Origin: Patescibacteria group bacterium
GTDB lineage: Bacteria; Patescibacteriota; Microgenomatia; Levybacterales; UBA12049
Reading direction: 5' to 3'
Assembly: GCA_035946335.1 (NCBI GenBank)
Contig: DASYZL010000006.1
Location: 106,594 to 170,593 of the forward strand
DNA: 64,000 bases
Part shown: positions 10,648 through 20,559 of the stretch, one piece after another
Position numbering within the stretch: position 1 is the stretch's first letter
Layout: every line of letters starts with the position of its first letter
Made by a program: the position numbers and the translations under genes
The notes under the pieces: generated by a model
The model's input: only the letters and a program-made list of their open reading frames with translations
Database searches by the model: none
What the model was told of the DNA's origin: nothing

Positions 10648-10676
10648 TTGCTTTCAACACCATTTTCATCTATAAT
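10648..10676 (+). promoter_or_regulatory. sigma70 promoter of rnpB
   Basis: TTGCTT-17 nt-TATAAT, ending 4 nt before the P1 strand of RNase P RNA. Confidence 0.8.
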
Positions 10677-10680
10677 TCCC

Positions 10681-11029
10681 TTGTCCTAGGAAGATACGTC
10701 ACTACTGTCCGCAAGGATAGAGGAAAGTCCAGACAGGTGAAAAAACGGGGACGGAACGTAAGTTCCGACGAGTAATCGCTGGTGTTTCCCTTCTTTTTCC
10801 ACATATGGAAGGGAGAACACATTTTGGAATAACAAAATGTGAGAGCAACAGAGACGAGTGGATATGAAACGGGCAATCCCACCTGCTGCAACCTCCGAAC
10901 GTGTGCGTTGATATGTTTTTCAGGAGCACCGATGAGAGGGCACCACGTCAAATCGTGGCAGGAATGACAATATCATTTCTGAGATAGATTGTGACATAAC
11001 AGAATCTGGCTTACTCCTTCCTAGGACAA
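10681..11029 (+). ncRNA. rnpB: RNase P RNA
   Basis: GAGGAAAGTCCAGAC (CR-I), ACAGAGACG (CR-II), TGAAACG (CR-III) and AACAGAATCTGGCTTA (CR-V). The ends TTGTCCTAGGAAG / CTTCCTAGGACAA pair as P1, and GTCAC/GTGAC pair as P2. Confidence 0.95.
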
Positions 11030-11088
11030 ATATACAAAATATATCAAAGTGAAAAGGGTAAGCAGACGCCCATAAGGGCTATAATAAG

Positions 11089-12108
11089 CTATTTTTCTAT
11101 TTTTCCCAGTGAGAACTCCAAAAGAATTTTAATAATTGCAGCAATCGGCACGGCAAGAATAAGTCCTAAAATCCCCCATAGGTGTCCTCCTGCGATCACT
11201 GATAAAAAGACAACAAATGCAGGAAGCTTGACAATCTTTCCCATGATATGCGGGATAACTACGTAATCTTCTATTTGGCGAAAAATAAAATAAATGATAG
11301 CAATAATAATTGCGCACTGAAATGCATTCAAACCAAAATTAGCGTGTCCGGTAATCAGAAGGACAAAAATACTCACAACAGCTGCAGTAATGGGGCCGAC
11401 AATCGGCACAAGCTCTGCAAGCCCTGAAAAAACAGCTAGCACACCTGAAAATCGCACCCCTAAAATGACTAAGGGAATAAAAATGGCAACAGACATCAGA
11501 CATATAAGAAATAGCTGTCCCCGCAAATACTGTGCGAATACTGTGTTGAATTTCTGGAACAATGTTTCTACTTCACTTTTATAGCGTGCAGGAATAAATT
11601 CTAATCCTTCTTTGTACATCGAATTTCCATCCTGAAGAAAATAAAATCCTGAGACAAGAAAAATGAAAAAGTTAATAATACGGGATACTGCTTTGGGAAA
11701 ATACGGCAGTAATGAGAGAGACGAACCGAACTGTGAATGCTGCAGTGCAACAAGCATACTTCGCGCAGAGGGACGAAGCCAGTCAGGAAGCGTATTGATT
11801 TGACTCTTTGTTGTTAGAAGAAGTGATGTTGCATAAGAGCGAATCTCAGAAGACTCCACAAATAACGTACGGGCAACAATAGTTCCTATACAGATAAGAA
11901 TCGTCATGAGTACGAGATATACGATAAAAACCGCAATTGATCGGGGAAGTTTTGCTTTTTTGGAAAAGAAATTGACAATTGGATTAAACAAATAAGCAAA
12001 AATTCCACCAATGACTATTGGAGCGAGGAGTGATCGTTCAATATAAATGAGCCACAAGAGAGATACTCCAAGAAGAAGATAAAATATAGTTCGCAAACGA
12101 ACTGTCAT
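11089..12108 (-). CDS. AI-2E (PerM) family transporter
   Basis: AYLFNP, YLRGQL, ELVPIVGP, QIEDYVVIPHIMG and GILGLILAVPIAA motifs. Confidence 0.92.
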   Translation of the reverse strand: MTVRLRTIFYLLLGVSLLWLIYIERSLLAPIVIGGIFAYLFNPIVNFFSKKAKLPRSIAVFIVYLVLMTILICIGTIVARTLFVESSEIRSYATSLLLTTKSQINTLPDWLRPSARSMLVALQHSQFGSSLSLLPYFPKAVSRIINFFIFLVSGFYFLQDGNSMYKEGLEFIPARYKSEVETLFQKFNTVFAQYLRGQLFLICLMSVAIFIPLVILGVRFSGVLAVFSGLAELVPIVGPITAAVVSIFVLLITGHANFGLNAFQCAIIIAIIYFIFRQIEDYVVIPHIMGKIVKLPAFVVFLSVIAGGHLWGILGLILAVPIAAIIKILLEFSLGKIEK

Positions 12109-12170
12109 AGCAGCCTTTATTATACTCTCTGTTAAACTCCCTTGTCCAGAATCTTGCCAAAAAGTAATAG

Positions 12171-12953
12171 CTAGCTACTCGCGCTGCTATAAAAGCGTAG
12201 AGCGGATTGCCAGCACCGAAAACTGACAACAAACAGTACGACACACAGTAACAGGGCAATGAGAAGTATCGAGGGCTGCAAAACTCCCATGAGTGCTTTC
12301 GCCGGAATTGTCATCATGATGCCAACAGGAATGATAAAGGTAATAACACTATGAAGTGGTTCTTTATAGACATCAACCGGCACCCGTCCCATTGCCGTAA
12401 GGTCACGGTATAACATTGTTGCATTATCAATTTCCGTCGTCACAACTCCAAGGGAGAGAATGAGAATATGGAAAGAAACAGCGATAACAAATGCATTCAA
12501 CAGAAGAAGGATATATATAAGAATATCTACCGCTGTAATATTCATTAAATGCGAAATGGTAACGCCAATAGCAACAACGGAAATACATAACATGGGGAGA
12601 TCGAGAATATCAGTTCCGCCAAAAAGAGATCGAAAGAGTGGAGAAAATGGACGGAGAAGAAAATAGTCAAAATCGCCTGAAACAACATACCGCCTGAAGT
12701 TATATACTTCCCGCATGAAAAACTGCGGTAATGTATCCATCAACTGGTACGTCAGGTAGAAAAAAATAATTTGCCATTGTGTATATCCAGCAATATGTTT
12801 TATTTGCGTCGAAATAATGGTTAAAAAGAACAGGAAAAAACTGAAGCGTAATATTTTTCCTGTGACAAGAATAAATGCACCAAAACGCGATGCAATCGAT
12901 GACTGCGACGCATTACCAGCAAGAAGCCACCAGATTTTTGCATATTTCTTCAT
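12171..12953 (-). CDS. ABC-2 type permease (DUF990-like)
   Basis: GDFDYFLLRP, P.DVY, six TM segments and a YSSASS C-terminus. Confidence 0.88.
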   Translation of the reverse strand: MKKYAKIWWLLAGNASQSSIASRFGAFILVTGKILRFSFFLFFLTIISTQIKHIAGYTQWQIIFFYLTYQLMDTLPQFFMREVYNFRRYVVSGDFDYFLLRPFSPLFRSLFGGTDILDLPMLCISVVAIGVTISHLMNITAVDILIYILLLLNAFVIAVSFHILILSLGVVTTEIDNATMLYRDLTAMGRVPVDVYKEPLHSVITFIIPVGIMMTIPAKALMGVLQPSILLIALLLCVVLFVVSFRCWQSALRFYSSASS

Positions 12954-12954
12954 A

Positions 12955-13749
12955 TTATCTTCCGCTTGCGCTATATACCTTCATTCCTTTTTTCCAAACA
13001 AACTGACAACTGCGCTCCAGGATAAAAATCCATAGAATGGTTGTAGCAAAACCCCAAAAAAGAGCAACAGCGGTTACCTGTCCTAAATAAATTTTCATCG
13101 GAAAGTAGAGAAGATATGTCACCGGGAGTAGTTGAAAAACAGAAAACAGGGAACTGGGCAAAAGGTTTAAGGGGAAAAGTCCTCCTGCAAAAAAGGTTAA
13201 AAGAATGGTTAATAGAAACCGTAGCGGCCAGACTTCATCGATCCAAAAAGCCATAAGACTGACAAAAAGATTGATAAAAAAATTAAGGATTATTGCGAAA
13301 AAAACACTACAAAAAAAGAAGAGCAAAAATACAGCATTATTTTGTAATACAAAAGGCGGCTTCAGTATAAGAAACAGGATAGTAATTTCAACAGCAGCAA
13401 AACAAGCATTCATTAATTTATCGCCAATATCCTTTGCAAAATAATAACGAAAATAATTGAGGGGTCGCAGCAAATAATTGCTCAGGTCCCCGCTTTCAAT
13501 ATCATCTCCTATTTGAAAACTACGATTACTAAAAATAAGAGAGGAGATAACTGCTCCTCCTAAAATATACGTCAATATCATTGCCTGTGAGTATCCTCCC
13601 AACATTGTTTTTGGTGGAAGCACAGCAAGCCAGAGAAAATATGAGGTGAGGAGTAAGAATATTTGCCGTATCCGCCAAAGACTAAAATTCAACCGGTATA
13701 TGACAATTTCATCCCAGGCGCTTTTTGCAATCAAAAAATATTTTTTCAT
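12955..13749 (-). CDS. ABC-2 type permease (DUF990-like)
   Basis: DIESGDLSNYLLRP, GGLFPL and a YSASG C-terminus. Confidence 0.88.
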   Translation of the reverse strand: MKKYFLIAKSAWDEIVIYRLNFSLWRIRQIFLLLTSYFLWLAVLPPKTMLGGYSQAMILTYILGGAVISSLIFSNRSFQIGDDIESGDLSNYLLRPLNYFRYYFAKDIGDKLMNACFAAVEITILFLILKPPFVLQNNAVFLLFFFCSVFFAIILNFFINLFVSLMAFWIDEVWPLRFLLTILLTFFAGGLFPLNLLPSSLFSVFQLLPVTYLLYFPMKIYLGQVTAVALFWGFATTILWIFILERSCQFVWKKGMKVYSASGR

Positions 13750-13790
13750 TATGCCTTACCAATATTGGACAAGATTTTTGAACACATATA

Positions 13791-14774
13791 TTATTCATTT
13801 GCCTTAACAAACACATCACGGATAATATCTTCAATGTCCGGGTCTTCGATGGTAATGTCCGCAATAGAAAATGATTTGAGAAGATTTGCAATCGTTTCAT
13901 TTGCTTTTGCTTGGGAGACACGAAGCAAAAGCTGCCCGGATTGAAATTCTTTTATTTCTCCTTCCAACTTTTCTATTTTTTTTTGGTCTGGTGTCTCGCG
14001 GAAAACAACAGAAATTAATTTATAGGGTGCAAATTTTTTCACCAGATGCGAAAGCAACCCGTCAAAAAGAATGGTTCCATGATTAATAATAATGACTCGC
14101 TTACAAAGAGCTTCAACATCTCCCATATAGTGGCTTGTTAAAATAATCGTTGCTTTATACTTTTCATTGTATGCTTTGATAAACTCCCGCAATTTTTTTT
14201 GCATAACAACATCAAGACCAATTGTCGGTTCGTCCAAAAAAAGTACTTTAGGATTATGTAAAAGCGCTGCAACAAGTTCGCATTTCATGCGTTGTCCTAA
14301 GGAAAGCTTACGCACTTGCACTTTGAGAATATCTGCGATATCCAGAAGTTCCACCAGATCCCGAAGCGTTTGATCAAACTGCTCTTGCGATACTTCGTAA
14401 ATTTCCTTATTCAGAAGAAACGTTTCCATTGGAGGCAAATCCCACCATAGCTGATTCTTTTGTCCCATTACCAGTGAGATTTGCTTGAGAAATTGTTTTT
14501 TCCGCTCAAACGGTGTATACCCCAATACTTGCACTTTTCCAGAAGAAGGGTACAAAAGACCAGAAAGCATTTTTAACGTTGTTGTTTTCCCTGCACCGTT
14601 CGGCCCGATAAATCCGATAAGTTCTCCCTCCGTAATGTCAAAAGAAACATCTTTGACTGCTTGAATTGTTTGGTATTTTCTCGCAACCAACGATTTTATC
14701 GAGCCAAAAAAGCCTGGTTCTTTCTGGTACGTTTTATATTGTTTTGACAAGTGTGAAACACTAATAATCGCCAT
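13791..14774 (-). CDS. ABC exporter ATP-binding subunit
   Basis: GPNGAGKTT, LSLGQRMK, LFLDEPTIGLD and LTSHYM. Start placed at MAIISV (ATG 14774). Confidence 0.93.
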   Translation of the reverse strand: MAIISVSHLSKQYKTYQKEPGFFGSIKSLVARKYQTIQAVKDVSFDITEGELIGFIGPNGAGKTTTLKMLSGLLYPSSGKVQVLGYTPFERKKQFLKQISLVMGQKNQLWWDLPPMETFLLNKEIYEVSQEQFDQTLRDLVELLDIADILKVQVRKLSLGQRMKCELVAALLHNPKVLFLDEPTIGLDVVMQKKLREFIKAYNEKYKATIILTSHYMGDVEALCKRVIIINHGTILFDGLLSHLVKKFAPYKLISVVFRETPDQKKIEKLEGEIKEFQSGQLLLRVSQAKANETIANLLKSFSIADITIEDPDIEDIIRDVFVKANE

Positions 14775-14791
14775 AACCATTATTATAAACC

Positions 14792-14828
14792 AAAAAGAAG
14801 ACCTTCGTATAGACAAGGCCTTCTTTTT
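14792..14828. terminator. Intrinsic (possibly bidirectional) terminator after hup
   Basis: AAAAAGAAGACCTT-CGTATAGAC-AAGGCCTTCTTTTT hairpin with A/T tracts on both sides. Confidence 0.8.
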
Positions 14829-14841
14829 GTTGTGAGCAGTT

Positions 14842-15114
14842 TTATCGAACCACCTTTTTTAGTGTTTTTCCTGGAGTAAATCCCGGAGCTTTTCTGGCAG
14901 CAATAGTAATCTTTGCGCCTGTTTTCGGATTACGGCCGGGTCGGGCTGCTCGTTTACGAACGGAAAAAGTTCCAAAGCCGGTAATTACCACCTTTTCCCC
15001 GCGTTTTAATGAATCGCGAACAGCATTAAGAAATGCTTGAACAGAATCTCGAGAAGCTTTATTCGTAAGATTTGCTTTTTTTGCAACAAGATCAATCAAA
15101 TCTCTTTTTGTCAT
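14842..15114 (-). CDS. hup: DNA-binding protein HU
   Basis: GFGTFSV...RPGRNPKTG motif and a perfect SD AAGGAGGTGA. Confidence 0.96.
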   Translation of the reverse strand: MTKRDLIDLVAKKANLTNKASRDSVQAFLNAVRDSLKRGEKVVITGFGTFSVRKRAARPGRNPKTGAKITIAARKAPGFTPGKTLKKVVR

Positions 15115-15221
15115 ACACTCACCTCCTTCTGGACAGAATCAATTGGATCTACAATACAACGTAAATGAACAGTTTGTCAAGAGAACAAAGCAGATCAGAT
15201 GATACTGACAATGAATACTAT

Positions 15222-16466
15222 TTATGCAGCTAAATTTTCCCCAACAACAGCACGGAATTCCCGGATCGCTGTTACTTTCACTTCTCCAGGAATCGCAAGT
15301 GCCTGGCTAATTTCATCCCGAAGTTTTTTTGCAAGAATGATTGTTTGAGCATCATCTAAAATACCAGGATCAATGATTACCCGTAATTCTCGACCAGCTT
15401 CAAATGCGTATGCATCTTCAACGCCTTCATATTTTTTTGCCATATCTTCCATTTCTTTTAACCGCTTCGCGTAATTCTCAACGTCTTCATAGCGTGCGCC
15501 CGGTCTCCCGCCGGATACCTGATCAGCGATATGTACGATAACTGATTCAATACTCGAGAACGGTTTATCTTCATGATGTTCTGCAACGCAATTAATAATT
15601 GCTTCTGGAATATTATAGCGCTTAAGCAAATCAACGCCTAACTTGACATGGCTTCCTTCTCCCTCAACAACTTTACCGATGTCATGAAACAAACAGCCAA
15701 GTTTGACAATATTGACATCAGCACCAATTTCTTCTGCAATGTGCATGCCGATTTTTGTTACCTCCAAAGAATGTGTTACCAGATTTTGTCCATAAGACGT
15801 TCTGAATTTGAATCGTCCCAATGTTTTGATTAAATCTACCGGCAAATTATATACACTAACCTCATGTGCTAACTTTTCACCTTCCTGGAACATAATTGTT
15901 TCAACTTCCTCTTTTACTTGATTCACAACTTCTTCTATGCGGAAGGGTTGAATGCGAGTATCTTTCAGGAGCATTTCCACAGCACGTCTAGCAATTTCGC
16001 GCCGTACTGAGTCAAATGATGAAAGTCTGATAACTCCTTCTTCGTCCAAGTCAATATCAACACCTGTTGCGCTTTCAAGTGCACGAATATTACGTCCCTC
16101 TTTACCGATAATCCGCCCTTTCATTTCCTCGTCTTGAACTTTGATGATAGAGACGGTAAATTCCGCAACATAATTAATTGCACCGTGGCGCATTGCTTCT
16201 ACTAAAATTTCCTGCGCTTTCCTGTCTGATGTTGCTTTTGCCTCTTCTTCACGTTCCCGGATAATTTTTGCAATAGCGGCAGATTCTGATTGCTCAACTT
16301 CGCGTAACAATGCTGTTTTTGCTTCTTCCTGGGTAAGATGCGCAACATTCTGGAGTTTTTCTTTGTAGTTCTCTTTCTCTTTTTCCAGTTTTTCTTTTAA
16401 TACATCAAGCTTTTCCTGTTTTTCGAGGAGTTTTTTCTCTAGTTCTAGAATATCTGTTTGTGCCAT
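15222..16466 (-). CDS. rny: Ribonuclease Y (no N-terminal TM anchor)
   Basis: KH motif KGRIIGKEGRNIR, RTSYGQN, HD motif FHDIGK, RPGAR and AGRELRV. Confidence 0.95.
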   Translation of the reverse strand: MAQTDILELEKKLLEKQEKLDVLKEKLEKEKENYKEKLQNVAHLTQEEAKTALLREVEQSESAAIAKIIREREEEAKATSDRKAQEILVEAMRHGAINYVAEFTVSIIKVQDEEMKGRIIGKEGRNIRALESATGVDIDLDEEGVIRLSSFDSVRREIARRAVEMLLKDTRIQPFRIEEVVNQVKEEVETIMFQEGEKLAHEVSVYNLPVDLIKTLGRFKFRTSYGQNLVTHSLEVTKIGMHIAEEIGADVNIVKLGCLFHDIGKVVEGEGSHVKLGVDLLKRYNIPEAIINCVAEHHEDKPFSSIESVIVHIADQVSGGRPGARYEDVENYAKRLKEMEDMAKKYEGVEDAYAFEAGRELRVIIDPGILDDAQTIILAKKLRDEISQALAIPGEVKVTAIREFRAVVGENLAA

Positions 16467-16565
16467 ATATTTTACACAATAGGGGAAAAGCTATGTAGCT
16501 TTACAGTAAAAGAAGATAGTCAACCGTGAGTTTTCTCATACTGACCTCTTTGTGCTCTTATTATA

Positions 16566-17030
16566 CTATTTTCCAAAAACAGCGTCAATTGCTTCTTTGA
16601 TAACGTTCGCTGAGAACCCCCTTCTGCCTAAATAGCCACCTGCCCGTCTACACAAAACTTCCCGAGAAAAATTGTTAAATTGTTCCTTTTTTCTTTCTAA
16701 TAATGTTTTTGCATTTGCTGCATCATCTATTTTTTCATCAGGATTTGTTAAAACATTTTCCATAATATCTTCTGCAATGCCTTTTTGTTGCAACTCTCTT
16801 TTTAGTAACCACATACTTTTTGGTTTTGCATGTTGTCTTGCGTTGACCCAAGACAAGGCAAATCTTTTGTCATCAAGAAATTTTTGTTGGAGAAGTTGCG
16901 TAATAGTTTTTTCAATTTCTTCTTGAGGTATGCGTTTTTTTACCAGATATGTTTGTATTTCTGCAATAGAACGGAGTCGAAATCGTAAGTACCGTAGGGC
17001 TAAAAGATATCCTTTATTATTTTCTTCCAT
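16566..17030 (-). CDS. recX: Regulatory protein RecX
   Basis: ALRYL..R.RS..E, LDDKRFA, ELQQKGI and L.RRGF motifs; lies directly downstream of recA. Confidence 0.92.
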   Translation of the reverse strand: MEENNKGYLLALRYLRFRLRSIAEIQTYLVKKRIPQEEIEKTITQLLQQKFLDDKRFALSWVNARQHAKPKSMWLLKRELQQKGIAEDIMENVLTNPDEKIDDAANAKTLLERKKEQFNNFSREVLCRRAGGYLGRRGFSANVIKEAIDAVFGK

Positions 17031-17056
17031 ACTCCATGGAAATTCGTAGTCACGGA

Positions 17057-18154
17057 TTAGACTAATTGTGCTTCTGCATTCTTTTCATCTTCATCTTCGA
17101 TACCAACAGTCATTGGTACTCGTGTTTTGCTTTGTGCAAGAATATCAATAACAATTTTTTTCTCCAGTTCTTTATTGTCTTTCAACGTTCCTATTGCCGC
17201 TGCCCGTCCTTGCCCAAGCATTGTTTCCTCGTAGCGTAAAAACGCACCTGATTTACTGATAACGCCAAGTTCTATGCCAACATCCAGAATCCCGCCTTCA
17301 CGTGAAATACCATCCACTGAAACTTCGAATTCTGCAACACGAAATGGCACAGCAACTTTATTTTTGACAATTTTAACCCGGTGCCGCGAACCGACAACTT
17401 TGTCACCATTTTTGATCGTTTCAATTTTCCGTACATCCATGCGTACTGACGCATAGAACTTAAGCGCGAGTCCGCCGGTTGTTGTCTCAGGATTTCCAAA
17501 CATGACACCGATTTTTTGCCTGAGCTGATTAGTAAAAATAACAACGGTCTTCGACTTGGAAATGACGGCAGTTAATTTTCGAAGCGCCTGACTCATCAAC
17601 CGGGCTTGTAACCCAATAACCGCTTCTCCCATTTCGCCTTCTATTTCTGCACGCGGCACAAGCGCTGCAACCGAATCTATGACTAACACATCAATCCCGC
17701 CGCTTCGAACCAAACTTTCCGTAATTTCCAATGCCTGTTCGCCGGTATCAGGCTGCGAAATTAACATCTCATTCAACTTGACGCCAACCTGCTCTGCCCA
17801 CAACGGATCAAGCGCATGTTCCGCATCGATAAACGCAGCAACACCTCCGTGCTTTTGTGCTTGCGCAATAACAGAAAGGCAAATTGTTGTTTTCCCGGAT
17901 GCTTCAGGTCCATAAATTTCTATAATTCGCCCCCGAGGCAATCCTCCAGCGCCAAGGGCAATATCCAATGGGAGCGAACCGGTAGAGATGACGGAGATAT
18001 CCAATTTTTGTGCTGCCTCACCGAACCGCATGATTGCTCCACGTCCATACTGCTTTTCGATTGCCTCCATGGCAAGACGAACCGCATCCATTTTTTGCTG
18101 TGCCTCTTTGTCAGCTACGGGAGCAACTTTTGGTGTTTGTGAATTTTTCGGCAT
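17057..18154 (-). CDS. recA: Recombinase RecA
   Basis: [26 protein letters not shown] and [13 protein letters not shown]-like GGGGGTGA precedes ATG 18154. Confidence 0.98.
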   Translation of the reverse strand: MPKNSQTPKVAPVADKEAQQKMDAVRLAMEAIEKQYGRGAIMRFGEAAQKLDISVISTGSLPLDIALGAGGLPRGRIIEIYGPEASGKTTICLSVIAQAQKHGGVAAFIDAEHALDPLWAEQVGVKLNEMLISQPDTGEQALEITESLVRSGGIDVLVIDSVAALVPRAEIEGEMGEAVIGLQARLMSQALRKLTAVISKSKTVVIFTNQLRQKIGVMFGNPETTTGGLALKFYASVRMDVRKIETIKNGDKVVGSRHRVKIVKNKVAVPFRVAEFEVSVDGISREGGILDVGIELGVISKSGAFLRYEETMLGQGRAAAIGTLKDNKELEKKIVIDILAQSKTRVPMTVGIEDEDEKNAEAQLV

Positions 18155-18219
18155 GCGTTTAATCACCCCCATAGTAGCAACTTTGTGCTAAAATGCAATA
18201 TATCGAAGTGGTACACTTT

Positions 18220-18291
18220 CGGGGCGTAGTTCATCGGTAGAACGCTCGGATGGGGTCCGAGAAGTAGCATGTTCAATTCATGTCGCCCCGA
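18220..18291 (+). tRNA. tRNA-Pro(GGG), CCA not encoded
   Basis: Acceptor CGGGGCG/CGCCCCG+A, D arm GTTC/GAAC, anticodon arm CTCGG-ATGGGGT-CCGAG, T arm GCATG-TTCAATT-CATGT. Confidence 0.95.
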
Positions 18292-18297
18292 CAGAAA

Positions 18298-18912
18298 TTA
18301 TACTTCCATTTCTCTGCCTGTTTCTGCTTTTCTAAAATCCATTCCTTTCTGAGCAAAATAGTCTTGCATACTGTCATACATCTTTTTCCTGAAATCATCT
18401 TTCCATGTACTGTCATGAATCGGAATAATGACTTTTGGTTTTATTTTCTCCGCTACCTCAATTGCCCATGTTGTACTTCCCCATGGGGCAGTAACAGGAA
18501 GGGCAAGAATCTGCGCTGCTTTTTCAAATGATAATGAATCACCTGGATGTGATAATGTTCCAAAAAGGGTTACCATAACGTTCTGTACTCTTCCGCCCAT
18601 CCATGCTTTTTCATGGGGATATGCTTTCAGTGAAATTATTTCGGTGCCCTCTGTTTGAACAGCAATGTTTTCTTTTGCAAGGATTAATTTCACGCTTTCT
18701 GTACTGAAAATTTTCAATCGTGGAAATTGATCATACAATTTTTTTACTGTAGGAATATCAAAATGATCTGGGTGTTCGTGCGTAATTGCTATGGCATCAA
18801 GATCATGAAAAACCGGTAAAACCTCGACGCTATACCTTCCCGGATCAAGAAGTATTGTTTTTTCGTTCTCTTTGATGAGAAGGCATGAATGGAGATACTT
18901 TGTAATTTTCAT
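18298..18912 (-). CDS. MBL-fold metallo-hydrolase
   Basis: HSC, LLDPG, THEHPDH, HPGDS and IPIHD motifs. Confidence 0.92.
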   Translation of the reverse strand: MKITKYLHSCLLIKENEKTILLDPGRYSVEVLPVFHDLDAIAITHEHPDHFDIPTVKKLYDQFPRLKIFSTESVKLILAKENIAVQTEGTEIISLKAYPHEKAWMGGRVQNVMVTLFGTLSHPGDSLSFEKAAQILALPVTAPWGSTTWAIEVAEKIKPKVIIPIHDSTWKDDFRKKMYDSMQDYFAQKGMDFRKAETGREMEV

Positions 18913-18918
18913 GAACGC

Positions 18919-19644
18919 TTACAAATTCACAAAGTAGGAAATTTTTGCTTGCGACTGAAGACGGGTAACTAATGCCTGCGCTTGGTTGGAAAGTTTTTGT
19001 TGCTGTAATTGCGAACGCACCTGGTTTTTGATATCTTGCGGTTTCATGCTTGGATCAAACGAACTTTTATGTTGCGCAATATAATCACTTACTTCTTTGT
19101 CACTTACAGTAACACTACTTCCCAATATTTTTTGGACGAGTTTTTGCAGTCGCACCTGCTCAAGAAACTCACTTTTTGTCATTCCCTGCGCAGTCAATGC
19201 GCTATCAAGCGTTTGTCCTTGAGCGGCAAGTGATTTATTCAATTGATTAACTGTACTGTCAATCTCTGACTGAGAAACAGTAACATGTTTTCCCGATGCA
19301 TATTGCTCAATAAGCATCTGCGTAATCATACCATTTAATACCTGTTTACCGCTTTGCTGTTCAAGTCGCTGATCAAGGGTATAACGGGTAATAGGCTTTC
19401 CATTTACCATCGCAACAATAAACCATCCCTTTAGTGCATATAAGGTTGCAACAATGGCCAGAATAACAGCAAGACCAATGAGTACTTTTGGATTTTTCAG
19501 TTTCTTCTGAATAATGGGAAGGTAATTTGTCAGAACGTTTTGCTGCATAGCGATAGTTATCGTATCATTTTCTTTTGTAACAACCGAAAGTTTTTTTGCT
19601 GAACTTCCAGACGGTTTTGACTGTATCGCTGTCTTGCGGGGCAT
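18919..19644 (-). CDS. Membrane-anchored SurA/PrsA N-terminal-domain chaperone (no parvulin domain)
   Basis: TM helix, then IVAMVNGKPIT, VSQSEID and L..QAKI motifs. Confidence 0.8.
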   Translation of the reverse strand: MPRKTAIQSKPSGSSAKKLSVVTKENDTITIAMQQNVLTNYLPIIQKKLKNPKVLIGLAVILAIVATLYALKGWFIVAMVNGKPITRYTLDQRLEQQSGKQVLNGMITQMLIEQYASGKHVTVSQSEIDSTVNQLNKSLAAQGQTLDSALTAQGMTKSEFLEQVRLQKLVQKILGSSVTVSDKEVSDYIAQHKSSFDPSMKPQDIKNQVRSQLQQQKLSNQAQALVTRLQSQAKISYFVNL

Positions 19645-19688
19645 AGAGGCAGTATAACAAAGGGTACTACCGGATACAATGGGTAAAT

Positions 19689-20141
19689 TTATCGTTTTGG
19701 ATTTTGTTTTTTCCGTCGGGCTTTACCACCTGTACCAACGTTTCTTCTTTGTCGCACACGTGGATCTCGCGTTAATAATCCGGCACTTTTGAGAAGAGGG
19801 CGAAATTTCACTCGGTCAGTACTTGCCAACGTTCGCGCAATGCCGGCAATCATTGCTTCAAGTTGTCCATTTTGTCCACCACCACTGACCTTAACGGTAA
19901 TGGCAAATTTATCTTCTGTCTTTGTAAGGAGCAATGGTTTTTGATATGCAACCCGTGCGGTTTTGTCTGGAAAATAAGCTTCTACTGGTTTTTCATTGAC
20001 AATGATCTGTCCTTTTTTCAAAGAAATTTCACCCCATTTTTGACCATCTTTCATATGCGAATACAGCCGGACACGGGCCACTGCCTCTCTTCTTCGTCCA
20101 ACTGCATAAGTATAATCTTGCTTTAGTTGTTTCTTTGACAT
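19689..20141 (-). CDS. rpsI: 30S ribosomal protein S9
   Basis: GRRREAVARV, GGGQNGQ and LLTRDPR motifs. Confidence 0.97.
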   Translation of the reverse strand: MSKKQLKQDYTYAVGRRREAVARVRLYSHMKDGQKWGEISLKKGQIIVNEKPVEAYFPDKTARVAYQKPLLLTKTEDKFAITVKVSGGGQNGQLEAMIAGIARTLASTDRVKFRPLLKSAGLLTRDPRVRQRRNVGTGGKARRKKQNPKR

Positions 20142-20142
20142 A

Positions 20143-20559
20143 TTATGCTGTTTTCAGTTTATCCTGGTATGTATGTTCTGGTCCTGGAAAAACAAAAAGG
20201 CGCTTGAGCATTGTAGCGCGTAATTTGTTTTGTGGCAACATTCCTTTTACTGCATGACGGATGATTTCTTCTGGATTTTTCTCCAATACTTCCTTGAAGG
20301 ATGCACCTTTAAATCCACCGGGATACATTGAATGTCTATAATATACTTTGTCCGTTCCTTTTTTTCCTGTCACTACAACTTTTGCAGCATTTGTTACCAC
20401 AATATAGTCACCACAATCAAGATTTTTTACAAAATATGGTTTATGCTTTCCCATAAGTTTTTGTACAATCTCTGTTACAACTCTTCCTAAAACTTTTCCA
20501 TTGACATCAACCAGATACCAACTTCTCTGAATGTCTTTTGCTTTTGTTGCATTTGTCAT
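20143..20559 (-). CDS. rplM: 50S ribosomal protein L13
   Basis: WYLVD, LMGKHKP, DCGDY and AVKGMLP motifs. Confidence 0.97.
   Translation of the reverse strand: MTNATKAKDIQRSWYLVDVNGKVLGRVVTEIVQKLMGKHKPYFVKNLDCGDYIVVTNAAKVVVTGKKGTDKVYYRHSMYPGGFKGASFKEVLEKNPEEIIRHAVKGMLPQNKLRATMLKRLFVFPGPEHTYQDKLKTA

Noticed and set aside
10670-10951. Minus-strand ORFs of 93 and 75 aa
   Set aside because: They lie antisense to RNase P RNA.
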